Numbered from the stretch's first letter, positions 19,642-30,759 are shown. The stretch is DNA of 64,000 bases from an uncultured delta proteobacterium (GCA_963810935.1 CAWEPK010000009.1:312562-376561), one strand, 5' to 3'. Numbers and translations are program-made. Notes: generated by a model from the letters alone, not told the origin.

Positions 19642-20903
19642 CACGCAACCTCCCTCGGGTGGACTATCTCGCCCTTGACCGCGCTCGCCGCAGCCACCGC
19701 CGGTCCCGCGAGGTAGACCTCGCTTTCGGGGTGGCCCATCCGTCCGACGAAGTTCCTGTTGGTCGTCGATACCGCCCGCTCGCCCCGGGCCAACACGCCC
19801 ATGTGGCCGCCCAGGCAGGGTCCGCACGTAGGGGGCGATATGATGCAGCCGGCCTCAAGGTAGATGTCGAAGTAGCCGCGGCTGAGGGCCTCGCGATAAA
19901 TATCCGGAGTGGCCGGGATGACGATGCAGCGCACGCCTTTGGCCACCTTTTTGCCTTTCAGGATTTTGGCGGCGGTCTCCAGGTCTTCCAGCCTTCCGTT
20001 CGTGCACGAGCCTATGACCGCTTGGTTGATGGCAATATGCCCCGCGTCTTCCGCGCCCTTCACGTTGGACGGGAGGAACGGGAGGGCAACCTGCGGCCCT
20101 ATCTTGCTCACGTCGATTTCTATGACATCGCGGTAGCGGGCGTCCGCATCCGCCTCGACGGGTCTCGGCTCTCTTTTTGCGCGGCCTGCCATATAATCCA
20201 TTGCCTTCTTGTCCGCCCTGAATACGCCGTTCTTGGCGCCCGCCTCGATGACCATGTTCGCCACGGTCAGCCTCGAATCCATCGAGAGATCGCCTATTGC
20301 TTCTCCGTCGAATTCCATCGCCTCGTAGCGGGCCCCCTCGACGCCTATCAGGCCGATGATGTAAAGGATCAGGTCCTTCCCCGCGACCCACTTCTGCCAT
20401 TTGCCGGTGCAGACGAACTTGACGCTCTCCGGCACCTTGAACCAGAGGGAGCCACGCACCATTGCGTAGGTGAGGTCCGAGCTGCCGACGCCCGTCGAGA
20501 AGGCGTTCAGCGCGCCGTACGTGCACGTGTGGCTGTCTGCGCCCACCACTACGTCCCCCGCACAGACGAGCCCCTGCTCGGGCAGAAGGGCGTGCTCGAT
20601 GCCGCAGGCCCCGCCTTCGTAAAAGTGCTTTACGCCGTGCCTCTGCGAGAACTCCCGTATTGTCTTGCAGTTCTCCGCAGAGAGGATGTCCTTGTTCGGC
20701 GTAAAATGGTCCATCACGAAGACGACCCGCTCGGGGTCGAAGACGGAGCTTGCCCCTGTCTTGTCGAATTCCTCCAGCGAGAGAGGCCCCGTGATATCGT
20801 TCGCCAGGGCGAGGTCCACCTTTGCCTCGACTATCTCCCCCGCCTCCACTGCGGTTTTGCCCGCGTGGGCCGCCAGTATTTTCTCACTAATCGTCATCCC
20901 CAT
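19641..20903 (-). CDS. leuC: 3-isopropylmalate dehydratase large subunit (short ~420 aa subgroup)
   Basis: GADSHTCTYGA, IGSCTNGR, CGPCLG, STTNRNFVGRMG. Confidence 0.93.
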   Translation of the reverse strand: MGMTISEKILAAHAGKTAVEAGEIVEAKVDLALANDITGPLSLEEFDKTGASSVFDPERVVFVMDHFTPNKDILSAENCKTIREFSQRHGVKHFYEGGACGIEHALLPEQGLVCAGDVVVGADSHTCTYGALNAFSTGVGSSDLTYAMVRGSLWFKVPESVKFVCTGKWQKWVAGKDLILYIIGLIGVEGARYEAMEFDGEAIGDLSMDSRLTVANMVIEAGAKNGVFRADKKAMDYMAGRAKREPRPVEADADARYRDVIEIDVSKIGPQVALPFLPSNVKGAEDAGHIAINQAVIGSCTNGRLEDLETAAKILKGKKVAKGVRCIVIPATPDIYREALSRGYFDIYLEAGCIISPPTCGPCLGGHMGVLARGERAVSTTNRNFVGRMGHPESEVYLAGPAVAAASAVKGEIVHPREVA

Positions 20904-20905
20904 CT

Positions 20906-22435
20906 TTAAAACCCCTTCGCCTTTCTCTTTTTTACGAACTCAAGCTTGTTGAGCGCGTTGATGTATGCCTTCCCGGAGGCGACTATGACGTCCGTGTCGG
21001 CACCCTTACCTATGACGGTCGATCCTTTCTCCTCTAGCTTTACGAAGACCTCGCCCTGCGCGTCGGTGCCGCCGGTGATGGCGTTGACGTAAAACCTCAC
21101 GAGCTTGGCGTTCGTCTTGATGATCTTCTTTATCGCCTTCAGCGTGGCGTCGACCGGCCCGTCCCCGAAGCCGGCCTCCTGGAGCATCTGCCCTTCGCTC
21201 TCGATCTTCACCGTCGCCGTCGGGATGGCCATGTTGCCGCAGACGACGCTCAGGTAAGCCAGCCTGTATTTCTCGGGGACACGGACAATCTCGTCCATAA
21301 TGATCATCTCGACGTCCTCGTCGTAGACGTCTTTTTTCATATCCGCCAGGACCTTGAACCTCTTGAAGGCAAGGTTCAGCTCTTTATCGTTCAGTGAATA
21401 TCCCAGGTCCTCTATCCTGTCCCGGAAGGCGTGCCTGCCCGAATGCTTGCCCAGGATCAGCGAGCTTTTCTGTATGCCGACCGACTGGGGCGTCATTATC
21501 TCGTAGGTCAGCCTATCCTTGAGCAGACCGTCCTGGTGGATGCCCGACTCATGGGCAAAGGCGTTGGCGCCCACGATCGCCTTGTTGGGTTGCACCGGCG
21601 CGCCCGTCACCGACGTGATGAGCCTGCTCGTCGGGTAGATCTTCTCGCTCACGACACGCGTGTCGAGGGAAAAGAGGTCTTTGCGCGTCCTCAGGATCAT
21701 GACGATTTCTTCCAGGGCCGCGTTGCCGGAGCGCTCGCCGATGCCGTTGATCGTGCACTCCACCTGCCTCGCGCCCGCGCCGACGCCCGCAATCGAGTTA
21801 GCCACGGCAAGCCCCAGGTCGTTGTGGCAGTGCGTGCTGACTATGGCCCGCGATATGTTCGGCACGTGCTCTATCACGTAGCGGATCATGGCCGCAAACT
21901 CGTCCGGGACCGCGTAGCCGACCGTATCCGGGATGTTTACCGTAGTGGCCCCTGCGTCGATCGCAACGGCCAGCACGTTGCAGAGGTAATCGAGGTCGGT
22001 CCTCGTCGCGTCCATCGCCGAGAACTCCACGTTGTCTGTATACTTCTTCGCCCTTTTAACCGAACCCTCGACGATCTTGACCACCTCGTCCCTGGTCTTT
22101 TTGATCTGGTACTTCAAGTGGATGTCGGAGGTGGAGATGAACGTGTGTATCCTCGGGTTCGCAGCGTGCTTGACTGCCTCCCAGGCCCGGTCTATGTCGT
22201 CGTGGTTAGCCCTGGCAAGTCCCGCTATCTGGCTGTTTCTCACGGCCTCGGAGATCTGCCTGACCGATTCGAAGTCCCCGTCCGACGCGATAGGGAAACC
22301 GGCCTCTATGATATCGACGCCGAGGGCCTCAAGCTGCTTCGCGACGCGCAGCTTCTCCTGCGCGTTCATCGTGTTGCCCGGCGACTGCTCGCCGTCCCTC
22401 AGGGTAGTGTCGAAAATATATACGTGGTTTGTCAT
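20906..22435 (-). CDS. leuA: 2-isopropylmalate synthase
   Basis: [37 protein letters not shown]-terminal regulatory domain. Confidence 0.96.
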   Translation of the reverse strand: MTNHVYIFDTTLRDGEQSPGNTMNAQEKLRVAKQLEALGVDIIEAGFPIASDGDFESVRQISEAVRNSQIAGLARANHDDIDRAWEAVKHAANPRIHTFISTSDIHLKYQIKKTRDEVVKIVEGSVKRAKKYTDNVEFSAMDATRTDLDYLCNVLAVAIDAGATTVNIPDTVGYAVPDEFAAMIRYVIEHVPNISRAIVSTHCHNDLGLAVANSIAGVGAGARQVECTINGIGERSGNAALEEIVMILRTRKDLFSLDTRVVSEKIYPTSRLITSVTGAPVQPNKAIVGANAFAHESGIHQDGLLKDRLTYEIMTPQSVGIQKSSLILGKHSGRHAFRDRIEDLGYSLNDKELNLAFKRFKVLADMKKDVYDEDVEMIIMDEIVRVPEKYRLAYLSVVCGNMAIPTATVKIESEGQMLQEAGFGDGPVDATLKAIKKIIKTNAKLVRFYVNAITGGTDAQGEVFVKLEEKGSTVIGKGADTDVIVASGKAYINALNKLEFVKKRKAKGF

Positions 22436-23475
22436 TTGCTCCTCACCTTCTCGCAAACCAGCTCAAGCAGGGCCTCCGGCCGGTCGAACTCTGCTTCTAT
22501 GGAGAGGTAAAAAATATTGCCGACTGTCTCCATGCCCTCGATCCTGACCGCGTCCTTCTCGGTAGTTACCGCCATTTCCACATTTTGAAACGACTCTATG
22601 TGCCTAAGGTCGGCCGGGCGGTACCGATGGTGGTCGGGGAATTCAAGCGTCTCAACCACGTCCGCGCCGATATCGCGAAGCAATTCGAAAAACGAGCTAT
22701 TGTCGCCCAGCCCGGAAAATGCGAGCACTTTTTTGCCCCGCACAGACCGGTAATCGGCCATCGCGCGGTCGCTCAAACGGCACAAATGCTGCGGCCGGTA
22801 CCGGACGTGAAAGACCGGCAAGTCCGCTATAAGGCCCTTCACGCGGCCGTCCGGCTCGCCCTTGTTGACCAATATTATATCGGCTTTTTCCGCCATTTCA
22901 AGCGGTTCCCGCAAGACGCCCAGGGGAAAAAGGCGCAACGAAGCAGCAGGCGCGCTTCCGTCGAGCACGAGCATCTGCACGTCTTTGCGTACGTTCCTCA
23001 CCTGCGCCCCGTCGTCGAATATCACCAGATCGATGCCGAAATCAGCGACCCCTTTTTTTATCCCTTCCATCCTGTCTTTGCCTACAACCACGGGAAGACC
23101 CGTCCTCCTCGCCAGCATCACCGCCTCGTCGCCTGCATCGCGCGCCCCGTCCTCACGCGCATCGACTGCAAAAGTGCCTTTCCTGCCTTTGCCGTACCCG
23201 AGCATCACGATCCCCGGCTGGAAGCCTTTCGCCTTCAGCTCCCTCGCAAGCCGCTCCGTGACGGGCGTCTTGCCCGTCCCGCCCAGCGACAGGTTGCCCA
23301 CGCTTACGACAGGGACGGGGGAACTCTCGGCCCTCGCGATCCCAGTTGCGTAGCAAAGCTCCCTGAGAGCGAGGCCCGCCCTGTAAAGCCCGGAGAGCGC
23401 AAAAAGAGGCAGGAAAAGGATGCCCCTCGCAATGGGCGCTTTTCCTTTCCAGACGCGGACGATAAACTTTCGCAT
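22432..23475 (-). CDS. lpxK: Tetraacyldisaccharide 4'-kinase
   Basis: VSVGNLSLGGTGKTP, GDEAVMLA, DDGAQ, PLGVLREP, FPDHHRY, TTEKDAV; start 23475 or 23481. Confidence 0.94.
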   Translation of the reverse strand: MRKFIVRVWKGKAPIARGILFLPLFALSGLYRAGLALRELCYATGIARAESSPVPVVSVGNLSLGGTGKTPVTERLARELKAKGFQPGIVMLGYGKGRKGTFAVDAREDGARDAGDEAVMLARRTGLPVVVGKDRMEGIKKGVADFGIDLVIFDDGAQVRNVRKDVQMLVLDGSAPAASLRLFPLGVLREPLEMAEKADIILVNKGEPDGRVKGLIADLPVFHVRYRPQHLCRLSDRAMADYRSVRGKKVLAFSGLGDNSSFFELLRDIGADVVETLEFPDHHRYRPADLRHIESFQNVEMAVTTEKDAVRIEGMETVGNIFYLSIEAEFDRPEALLELVCEKVRSK

Positions 23476-23524
23476 TAACATAGCAATCTATCCCAACAAC
23501 GTATCAAAGTCAAAGCGGCTATTA

Positions 23525-23580
23525 TTGGGGTTCAGCACCCCCTCGCCGGGCAAAGCCCGGCGAGCCTCCCCGCTCGGCGC
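23525..23580. repeat. Dispersed intergenic repeat, copy 1
   Basis: TTGGGGTTCAGCACCCCCTCGCCGGGCAAAGC...GCCTCCCCGCTCGGCGC; shares both blocks with 56527-56612. Confidence 0.8.
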
Positions 23581-23720
23581 GGCGCATTCGCTTGCTTTAT
23601 TACTGCCGGCGCTCGGCGCTCGCTCTGGCAGTAGTCGGGTTCAACGCCACCTACACCGGCATCAGCCGCATGCTGCGACGCGGCACGTCGCTCTCGCCAG
23701 TTCCCAACCGGGAGGGTACG

Positions 23721-23749
23721 AAAAAAGGCGCCCGGAACGGGCGCCTTTT
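23721..23749 (-). terminator. Intrinsic (bidirectional-type) terminator after iscU
   Basis: AAAAGGCGCCC-GGAAC-GGGCGCCTTTT. Confidence 0.8.
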
Positions 23750-23770
23750 GTTTGATCTGCCGCAGCGGAT

Positions 23771-24157
23771 CTATGCGCCCTGTTGCTTCTTTTTGTAGTC
23801 CTCTAGCGCCGCCCGCAGCGCGTCCTCGGCAAGGACCGAGCAGTGCTCCTTCGCCGGAGGAAGCCCGCCAAGCGCCTCGGCGACCGCCTTGTTCGATATC
23901 TCAAGGGCCTCGTCAATCGACTTGCCCTTTATCATCTCCGTCGTCATACTGGAAGACGCAATCGCCGCGCCGCACCCGAACGTCTTGAATTTGGCGTCTA
24001 CGATCTTACCGTCTTCTATCTTGAGATAGAGCCGCATGACGTCGCCGCAGGCGGGGTTCCCCACCTCGCCCACCCCAGACGCGTCCTCTATCTCTCCCAT
24101 GTTCCTCGGGTGCATGAAGTGATCCATGACCTTGTCGCTGTAAGGTCCCTGTGCCAT
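23771..24157 (-). CDS. iscU: Fe-S cluster scaffold IscU/NifU-N
   Basis: YSDKVMDHF, GNPACGDVM, FKTFGCGAAIASSS, LPPAKEHCS. Confidence 0.95.
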   Translation of the reverse strand: MAQGPYSDKVMDHFMHPRNMGEIEDASGVGEVGNPACGDVMRLYLKIEDGKIVDAKFKTFGCGAAIASSSMTTEMIKGKSIDEALEISNKAVAEALGGLPPAKEHCSVLAEDALRAALEDYKKKQQGA

Positions 24158-25356
24158 TACTTACCTCCTAGCGCTTTTTGATAAAGGGGAGACATCTCTC
24201 TCAATTTTTGTACTATGCCCGGCAGGACGGAGAGCGTGAAATCGACCTCGCTTTCCGTGTTCTCTCTGCCTAAGCTGAAGGCGATGGAGCCGTGGCAAAT
24301 CTCCGGCGGCACGCCCACCGCAGTCAGCACGTGCGACGCCTTGAGACCGGTCTCGTCCGCCGCCAGCACGTTCGAGGCGCAGGCGCTGCCGCTCGCCGAG
24401 GCAATGCCGTTCAGGTTGAGCCACATAAGCAGCGATTCGCCCTCTACGAACTCTATCCAGAAGCTGACGTGGCCGGGGAGCCTCTTGACCGGGTGGCCGG
24501 TGAAGTGCAGGTAATCGATCTCTTTCTCTATCCCCTTCCACAGCTTCCGGCCAATCGCCGTGAGCCTCTCCACTTTTTCAGACATCTCGGAGGCCGCTAT
24601 GCTGCTTGCCTCGCCGAAACCGACGATGGCAGGCACGTTCTCTGTGCCCGCCCTGTAGCCCATCTCCTGGAAACCGCCCTGTATTACCGGACGCAGGGGC
24701 ACCCCCTTGCGCAGGTAAAGGGCTGCCGCGCCCTTAGGGCCGTTGAACTGGTGGGCGGAGACGGTCATCGAATCGACGAGGAGATCACGGACGTCGACCG
24801 GCATCTGGCCGCACGTGCCCGCCCCGTCCGAGTGAAAAAGGATATCGCGCTCTTTAAGAAAAAGTGCGATCTCCCGGACGGGCTCTATGGTCCCTATCTC
24901 CAGGTTGGCATGCATGATCGACACCAGTACGGTGCCGGGCACGGCTTTTTTCTTCAGGTCTTCGAGATCGACCACGCCGTAATCATCGACTTTCACGTAG
25001 TCCACGTCGAAGCCGAGGGCTTTCAGGAAATCGGCCTGGTGCATGATCGAATAGTGCTCGATATCGGAAAAGAGGATTTTGTTGCCCTTCTTCCTGTTCG
25101 CAAGGGCAAGCCCCTTTACGGCGAGGTTGTTCGACTCCGTCGCCGACCCGGTGAAAATGATCTCATCGGGCGCGGCGCCAACAAGGGCCGCCACCTTCGC
25201 TCTCGCTTCCGCGAGGGCCTTCTGCGGCTCGCCCCCTTCCTCCAGGAGCACGGACGAGGGGTTCCCGAAATGCTCCGTGAAATAAGGGCGCATCGCCTCC
25301 ATGACTCTTGGGTCGACGGGCGTCGTCGCTGCATGATCGAAATAGATTCTATCCAT
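24157..25356 (-). CDS. iscS: Cysteine desulfurase, IscS/NifS family
   Basis: YFDHAATTP, GNPSS, GSATESNN, RAGTEN, SGSAC; PLP motif reads SAHQFNGPKG. Confidence 0.9.
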   Translation of the reverse strand: MDRIYFDHAATTPVDPRVMEAMRPYFTEHFGNPSSVLLEEGGEPQKALAEARAKVAALVGAAPDEIIFTGSATESNNLAVKGLALANRKKGNKILFSDIEHYSIMHQADFLKALGFDVDYVKVDDYGVVDLEDLKKKAVPGTVLVSIMHANLEIGTIEPVREIALFLKERDILFHSDGAGTCGQMPVDVRDLLVDSMTVSAHQFNGPKGAAALYLRKGVPLRPVIQGGFQEMGYRAGTENVPAIVGFGEASSIAASEMSEKVERLTAIGRKLWKGIEKEIDYLHFTGHPVKRLPGHVSFWIEFVEGESLLMWLNLNGIASASGSACASNVLAADETGLKASHVLTAVGVPPEICHGSIAFSLGRENTESEVDFTLSVLPGIVQKLREMSPLYQKALGGK

Positions 25357-25528
25357 TGTTCAAATATAATACCATATCATGCGGCAATGCACGGTAAATT
25401 TGTTCCGCGCCGCAACTCACGCGTACCCTCTATCTTTTGTATACAAGATCGTAGCGTGCAAAAACAGCCTGTTTCTCTCCGCTTTGAGGCGCACGCGCGT
25501 CCCGACTTTCCGTTTTTGCCTGTTTTCC

Positions 25529-25558
25529 TTGACCTTTTCGGTCAAAATCGCTTAGAAT
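25529..25558 (+). promoter_or_regulatory. sigma70-type promoter with overlapping palindrome, upstream of the aminotransferase-serA operon
   Basis: TTGACC-18 bp-TAGAAT; inverted repeat TTGACC-N5-GGTCAA. Confidence 0.55.
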
Positions 25559-25674
25559 ATATCAGCTATACATGCCTGAGAAAACCGGGGGCTAAGCGAA
25601 CCGGTGACACCGTGTTATCCTTCCGGGGCGTTCTTCGGCAACCGAGATAGCAATTGATATAGAAGGAGGAGTCA

Positions 25675-26823
25675 ATGGAGAAGAGATACCTGCTGGCGCC
25701 CGGCCCTACCGCCATCCCCCCCGAGATACTCTTGAAGATGGCCGAGCCGATTCTCCATCACCGCAACCCGATGTTCGAGGCGGTCATGGAAGAGGTGAGG
25801 GCAAACCTGAAGTACGTTTTCGGCACGAAGAACGAGGTACTCATCTTCGCCTCGTCCGGCACCGGTGCCATGGAAAGCGCCGTAACCAACGCCCTTTCCG
25901 CAGGCGACAGGGCGATCTGTATAAGAAGCGGTAAGTTCGGAGAGAGATGGGCCAACATATGCAAGGCCTATGGGGTAGAGTCGATCAATATAGACCTTCC
26001 CTGGGGCGATGCGCTCGACCCTGCGCTCGTCGAGAAGACCCTGAAGGCGAACCCCGGCGTGAAGGCGGTTTACATGCAGGCGACGGAGACCTCCACGGGT
26101 GTCAAATTCCCCGTGAAAGAGGTCGCGGCAATCGTAAAGAATTATCCTGACACGCTCATGGTCGTAGACGGCATCACGGGCATAGGCGTCTTCGAGCTGC
26201 CCGCGGACGCCTGGAATATCGACGTGCTCGTCGGCGGCTCGCAGAAGGCGATGATGCTGCCCCCGGGGCTGGCCTTCGCCGCAGTCAGCGACAAGGCATG
26301 GGAGTTCAACAAGGCATCGAAGCTGCCCAAGTTCTACTTCAACTGGGCGAAAGAGCGCACGAACCTCGAGAAGAACCAGACGAACTTCACGCCAGCCATC
26401 TCGCTGATCGGCGGCCTGATGCAGTCGCTGCGCATGATAAAAGAGGAAGGTCTGGAGAACGTCTACAAAAGGATCGACAAGCTGGCGACCGCAACGCGCG
26501 TAGGCGCGAACGCCCTCGGCCTTAAGGTCTTCGCGAAATCGCCCAGCCCGGCAGTGACTGCGATAGTCGCGCCCGAAGGCATCGACGGGCAGGCCATTTA
26601 CAAGACCCTGTGGAAGAAGTATGGGGTCACGGGCGCGGGCGGCCAGGACCAGCTCAAAGGGAAGATCTTCAGGATCGCCACGCTGGGATACGCCGACAAG
26701 TACGACGTAATCACCGCGATCGCCGCCCTCGAATTCACGCTGCGCGACCTCGGATACAAGTTCGAGATGGGCAAAGGCGTGGCGGCCGCGACCGACTCCC
26801 TGAAAGACGAGGAGACCCCATGA
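25675..26823 (+). CDS. Class V aminotransferase (alanine/serine-glyoxylate type; probable phosphoserine aminotransferase from context)
   Basis: [32 protein letters not shown]; coupled to serA. Confidence 0.88.
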   Translation: MEKRYLLAPGPTAIPPEILLKMAEPILHHRNPMFEAVMEEVRANLKYVFGTKNEVLIFASSGTGAMESAVTNALSAGDRAICIRSGKFGERWANICKAYGVESINIDLPWGDALDPALVEKTLKANPGVKAVYMQATETSTGVKFPVKEVAAIVKNYPDTLMVVDGITGIGVFELPADAWNIDVLVGGSQKAMMLPPGLAFAAVSDKAWEFNKASKLPKFYFNWAKERTNLEKNQTNFTPAISLIGGLMQSLRMIKEEGLENVYKRIDKLATATRVGANALGLKVFAKSPSPAVTAIVAPEGIDGQAIYKTLWKKYGVTGAGGQDQLKGKIFRIATLGYADKYDVITAIAALEFTLRDLGYKFEMGKGVAAATDSLKDEETP

Positions 26824-28400
26824 AGATACTGATCGCAGACGCGATGTCCGATAAGGCGGTCGATATACTCAAGTCCAACAAGCTGGACGTCGACGTGAAG
26901 ACCGACCTGAAGAAGGAAGAGCTCCAGGCCATTATCGGAGAATACGACGCCCTCATAGTGCGGAGTGCGACCAAGGTCACGAAGGATATCATAGAAAAAG
27001 CCGACAAGCTGAAGGTGATCGGCAGGGCGGGCATCGGCGTGGACAACGTCGATGTCGAGGCGGCGACGGAGAAGGGGATCGTTGTCATGAACACCCCTCA
27101 GGGCAACGCCCTGGCTGCGGCGGAGCATGCCGTGGCCCTCATGTTCGCCCTCGCCAGAAAGGTGGCGCTCGCCGACCGCACGATGAAGGAAGGCAAGTGG
27201 GAGAAAAAGCTGCTTATGGGCGTCGAGGTCTACGACAAGACGCTGGGCGTCATCGGCATAGGGAACATAGGGATGATCGTCGCCGAGAAGGGAGTCGCCC
27301 TCGGCATGAAGGTGCTGGCTTATGACCTTTATGTGACGAAGGAAGTGGCTGTTCAGAAGGGCATAGAGCTGGTCGACCTGGACACGCTCCTTTCGAAGAG
27401 CGATTTTATTTCCGTCCACGTGCCCATGATTAAGGAGACGAAGAACCTTATTAACAAGGACAACCTGGGCAAGACCAAGAAGAGCGTCTTCATCGTCAAC
27501 ACGGCACGCGGCGGCATCGTGAACGAGAAAGACCTGTTCCAGGCCCTCGAGGATGGTCAGGTCGCGGGCGCTGCACTGGACGTCTTCGAGCAGGAGCCGC
27601 CGCCGAAGGACCATCCTCTCGTCCTGTCCGAGAAGGTAGTCGCAACGCCCCACCTCGGCGCATCGACGAAGGAGGCCCAGAGCAAGGTTGCCATCGACAT
27701 AGCAAACCAGATCGTCGACTACGCCCTGAACGGCGTGATAAAGAACAGCGTGAACGCGCCGGGCGTCTCCAGGGAGGTGCTCGCGCAGATCTCGCCGTAC
27801 CTAGCCCTGTCCGAGAAGCTAGCGCGGTTCGTCTCGCTTATCACCGAGCCGCCCATCAAACAGGTGGTGATAGAGTACGCGGGCGCCATTGCCGAGGTGG
27901 AGACGAAAATACTGACCCAGGGCATCGTCAAGAACATCCTGTCTCCCCACGTGTCGGACGCCAACTACGTGAACGCCCGCCTGATGGCCCAGGCGCGCGG
28001 CATCAAGATCAAGGAGATCAAGGAGAAGGAGCACGAGGACTTCACCACCCTGCTCGGCATAAGGCTTACGGGCAAGAACGGCGACACAACGGCGTACGGG
28101 ACGCTCTTCGGCAAGAAAGAGCCGAGGCTCATCAAGGTGAACAAGATCGCCGTCGATTCCGAGCTGTCCGGGAACGTGCTCTATATCCTGGCTAACGACA
28201 AACCGGGCACGGTCGGCGGACTCGGCACGACGCTCGCCAAGAAAGGCATCAATATCGCAAGGATACATTTGGGCAGGGAACAGGAAGGCGGCCTGGTGCT
28301 CTGCATGATCGACGTCGACGGAGAGATCGATGACGGGCTGCTCAAAGAGATATCGAAAGTGCCGAACGTCATCGAAGTGAAAAGGATCGACCTCTCATAG
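26820..28400 (+). CDS. serA: D-3-phosphoglycerate dehydrogenase
   Basis: [43 protein letters not shown]-terminal ASB/ACT domains; start MKILIAD. Confidence 0.96.
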   Translation: MKILIADAMSDKAVDILKSNKLDVDVKTDLKKEELQAIIGEYDALIVRSATKVTKDIIEKADKLKVIGRAGIGVDNVDVEAATEKGIVVMNTPQGNALAAAEHAVALMFALARKVALADRTMKEGKWEKKLLMGVEVYDKTLGVIGIGNIGMIVAEKGVALGMKVLAYDLYVTKEVAVQKGIELVDLDTLLSKSDFISVHVPMIKETKNLINKDNLGKTKKSVFIVNTARGGIVNEKDLFQALEDGQVAGAALDVFEQEPPPKDHPLVLSEKVVATPHLGASTKEAQSKVAIDIANQIVDYALNGVIKNSVNAPGVSREVLAQISPYLALSEKLARFVSLITEPPIKQVVIEYAGAIAEVETKILTQGIVKNILSPHVSDANYVNARLMAQARGIKIKEIKEKEHEDFTTLLGIRLTGKNGDTTAYGTLFGKKEPRLIKVNKIAVDSELSGNVLYILANDKPGTVGGLGTTLAKKGINIARIHLGREQEGGLVLCMIDVDGEIDDGLLKEISKVPNVIEVKRIDLS

Positions 28401-30068
28401 GACGGACAGCCGATCTCGTTATCAAGGACGCCGTCCTCGTTGACCCTGTAAACGAGAAGGGCGTAAAGACCGATCTTTCCATCGACGATGGGAAGATCGC
28501 GTCTTTTTATGGAGGCGACGCGCGGGAGGTAATCGACGCGAAAGGCGCTTACGTCTCGTGCGGCTTCATCGAAAGCCACTTGCACGTCGAGGGCCTGCAC
28601 CTCCTGCCCGACCGCTACTTCAAGGCATTCCTCGCCCACGGCACAACAACGATCGTAACCGACCTCCACGAGACGGCCAACGCAGGCGGCATGGAAGGGC
28701 TTCACTGGTACCTCTCGATGGTGGAGCACCTTCCCCTCGACATTTTCGTCATGGCCCCATCATGCGTGCCCTCCTGCCCCTGGGAATCGGGAGCAGGCGT
28801 CATAGGCCCGCGGGAGCTTAAGCGGCTTAAAGGGGCCAAGGGTGTCATAGGGCTCGGAGAGGTGATGGACGTTCCTGCCGTTTTGGGGCGGAGCAAGGCG
28901 ATCATGAAAAAGATCGCGCTTTTCGCAGGATCGCCTGTGGACGGCCACGCCCCGGGCGTCTCCGGGGACGACCTCGACCGCTACCTGTCGGCAGGCATCT
29001 ACTCCGACCACGAGACGACCCAGGCCGCTGAAGGCGAAGAGAAGCTGAAAGCAGGCATGCACCTGTTCCTCAGGGAAGGCTCTGTCAGCAGGGACCTTGC
29101 CAACCTGGCGGGCCTTATCAGGCCGGAGAATCTGTCGAGCCTCTCGCTGTGCACGGACGACCTGTCCGCCCGCGACCTGTTCGAGTCAGGCCACCTCGAC
29201 CGCCTGGTGAGCCTGCTGGTTACACTCAAAATCCCCCTCTTCCGGGCGCTCCGCCTCGTCACTGCGAGCCCCGCCGCCTACTTCGGCCTCGTCGACCGGG
29301 CGCGCCTCGCCATAGGAAGGCGGGCGGACCTCGTGATCTTCGAAAGGCCGGAGCAGATGCGCGTGCTTGCAACGATCAAGGACGGGCGCGTTGTCTACCG
29401 GGAGGGAGATGACGTGAGCGCGGCAGGCGGCATGACTGCGCCCGCCCACCCCTCATCGAAGCTCAATCTGGCGCCTTTTCCAGGAAACGGGTTGCGCAGA
29501 AAGGCAGCGGCCCGGAAGATGCGCGCCATAGGTGTAAGGGAAGGCTCCATCGTGACGGACGACCTCGTAGTCGATACCCCTTGCGAGGACGGTTATCTTG
29601 TCTGCGACCATGAAAGGGACCTCGTCTTCGCGTATGTTTTCGACCGCTACAGGGCGCAAAGCGAGTACGGCTTCTGCCTCGTCCACGGGTTCGGCCTCAA
29701 GGGCGGCGCCATCGGCACAACGTATGCCCACGACAGCCACAACCTTGTCATCGTGGGCGACAATCCCGGAGGACATCAGGAAGGTGTTCGGCCTTTTGAA
29801 GGCGTCCGGGGGAGGCATGGCTGCGTCCGGCAAAGGGTCGGCCGTCGTCTTCCCGATGCCCTATTTCGGCATCATATCCGACCTCGACGCCCCCTCATTA
29901 CTTGCGCGCGAGCGTGAGCTTGACCGGCTCGCCAGGCAAATGGGCATCGGGATGAAAAACCCCTTCTTCCAGATGTCATTCCTCTCGCTGCCCGTGATCC
30001 CCAACCTCCGCCTGACTACGAAGGGGCTCTTTCACATCGGGACTGCCAGCTACGCCACGGACGTCTGA
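28397..30068 (+). CDS. ade: Adenine deaminase (amidohydrolase); +1 frameshift near 29767; apparent ATA start
   Basis: GFIESHLHVE, HGTTTIVTDLHE, GLGEVMD, DGHAPG, SDHE, CTDD, AHDSHNL, SFLSLPVIPNLRLT; frame open upstream to ADLVIKDAVLVD. Confidence 0.88.
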
Positions 30069-30742
30069 TGCTCCGGGCAGCGATCTTCGATTTCGACGGC
30101 ACCCTGACCGAGCTGACCCTCGATTTCGGCCAAATGAGACGGGAAGTCGAGGCCATAGCGGAGGGGTATGCCTCAGCAAGCGCGATCCGCGGCCTCGACG
30201 GTCTCTATACTCTTGAGATGATCGACGAGCTTAGCCGGCTGCTCGACCGCCAAGGGCCGCCTTTCAGGGCGGAGGCCCTTGGCGTGCTCTGCGAGATGGA
30301 AGTGAAGGCAGCCGTTGGCAAGGAGGTCTACTCGTACACCAGGGACGTACTCACGGCCCTGCGGGCCGAAGGCCTTAAGGTAGGCGTGATTACCAGGAAC
30401 TGCACCGGCGCGATTGAGACGGTCTTCCCGGACTTAAGGGCCTACGTCGATGCCGTCGCGACCAGGGACGACGTCCGGGAGGTAAAGCCCGACCCGGAAC
30501 ACGTAAGGGCAATGCTTCGCTCACTGGGCGTGGACGCACCTGGCGCCCTGCTCGTAGGCGACCACCCGACCGACATGATGGCGGGCATCGCGGCGGGAGC
30601 GCACACGCTCGGCCTGCTTGCGGGCAGGACGTCCAGAGCGGACCTCGAACAGGCAGGCGCCGAATACGTGGCCGACGACATAAGGGCAGTCCCCGGCATA
30701 GTCCGGCGGCTTCGCCTTTCGCCCTCCCCTGAAATAAGATAG
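30068..30742 (+). CDS. HAD-family hydrolase (phosphoglycolate phosphatase-like)
   Basis: FDFDGTL, ITRN, KPDP, VGDHPTD. Confidence 0.9.
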   Translation: MLRAAIFDFDGTLTELTLDFGQMRREVEAIAEGYASASAIRGLDGLYTLEMIDELSRLLDRQGPPFRAEALGVLCEMEVKAAVGKEVYSYTRDVLTALRAEGLKVGVITRNCTGAIETVFPDLRAYVDAVATRDDVREVKPDPEHVRAMLRSLGVDAPGALLVGDHPTDMMAGIAAGAHTLGLLAGRTSRADLEQAGAEYVADDIRAVPGIVRRLRLSPSPEIR

Positions 30743-30759
30743 CCGGGCCGTCAGCAGCC

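Noticed and set aside
19659..22510. Long antisense ORFs (e.g. 19659-20909, 21431-22510; also 4399-5586, 54995-56383, 60558-61877)
   Set aside because: Shadow ORFs expected from GC-rich codon usage opposite well-conserved genes
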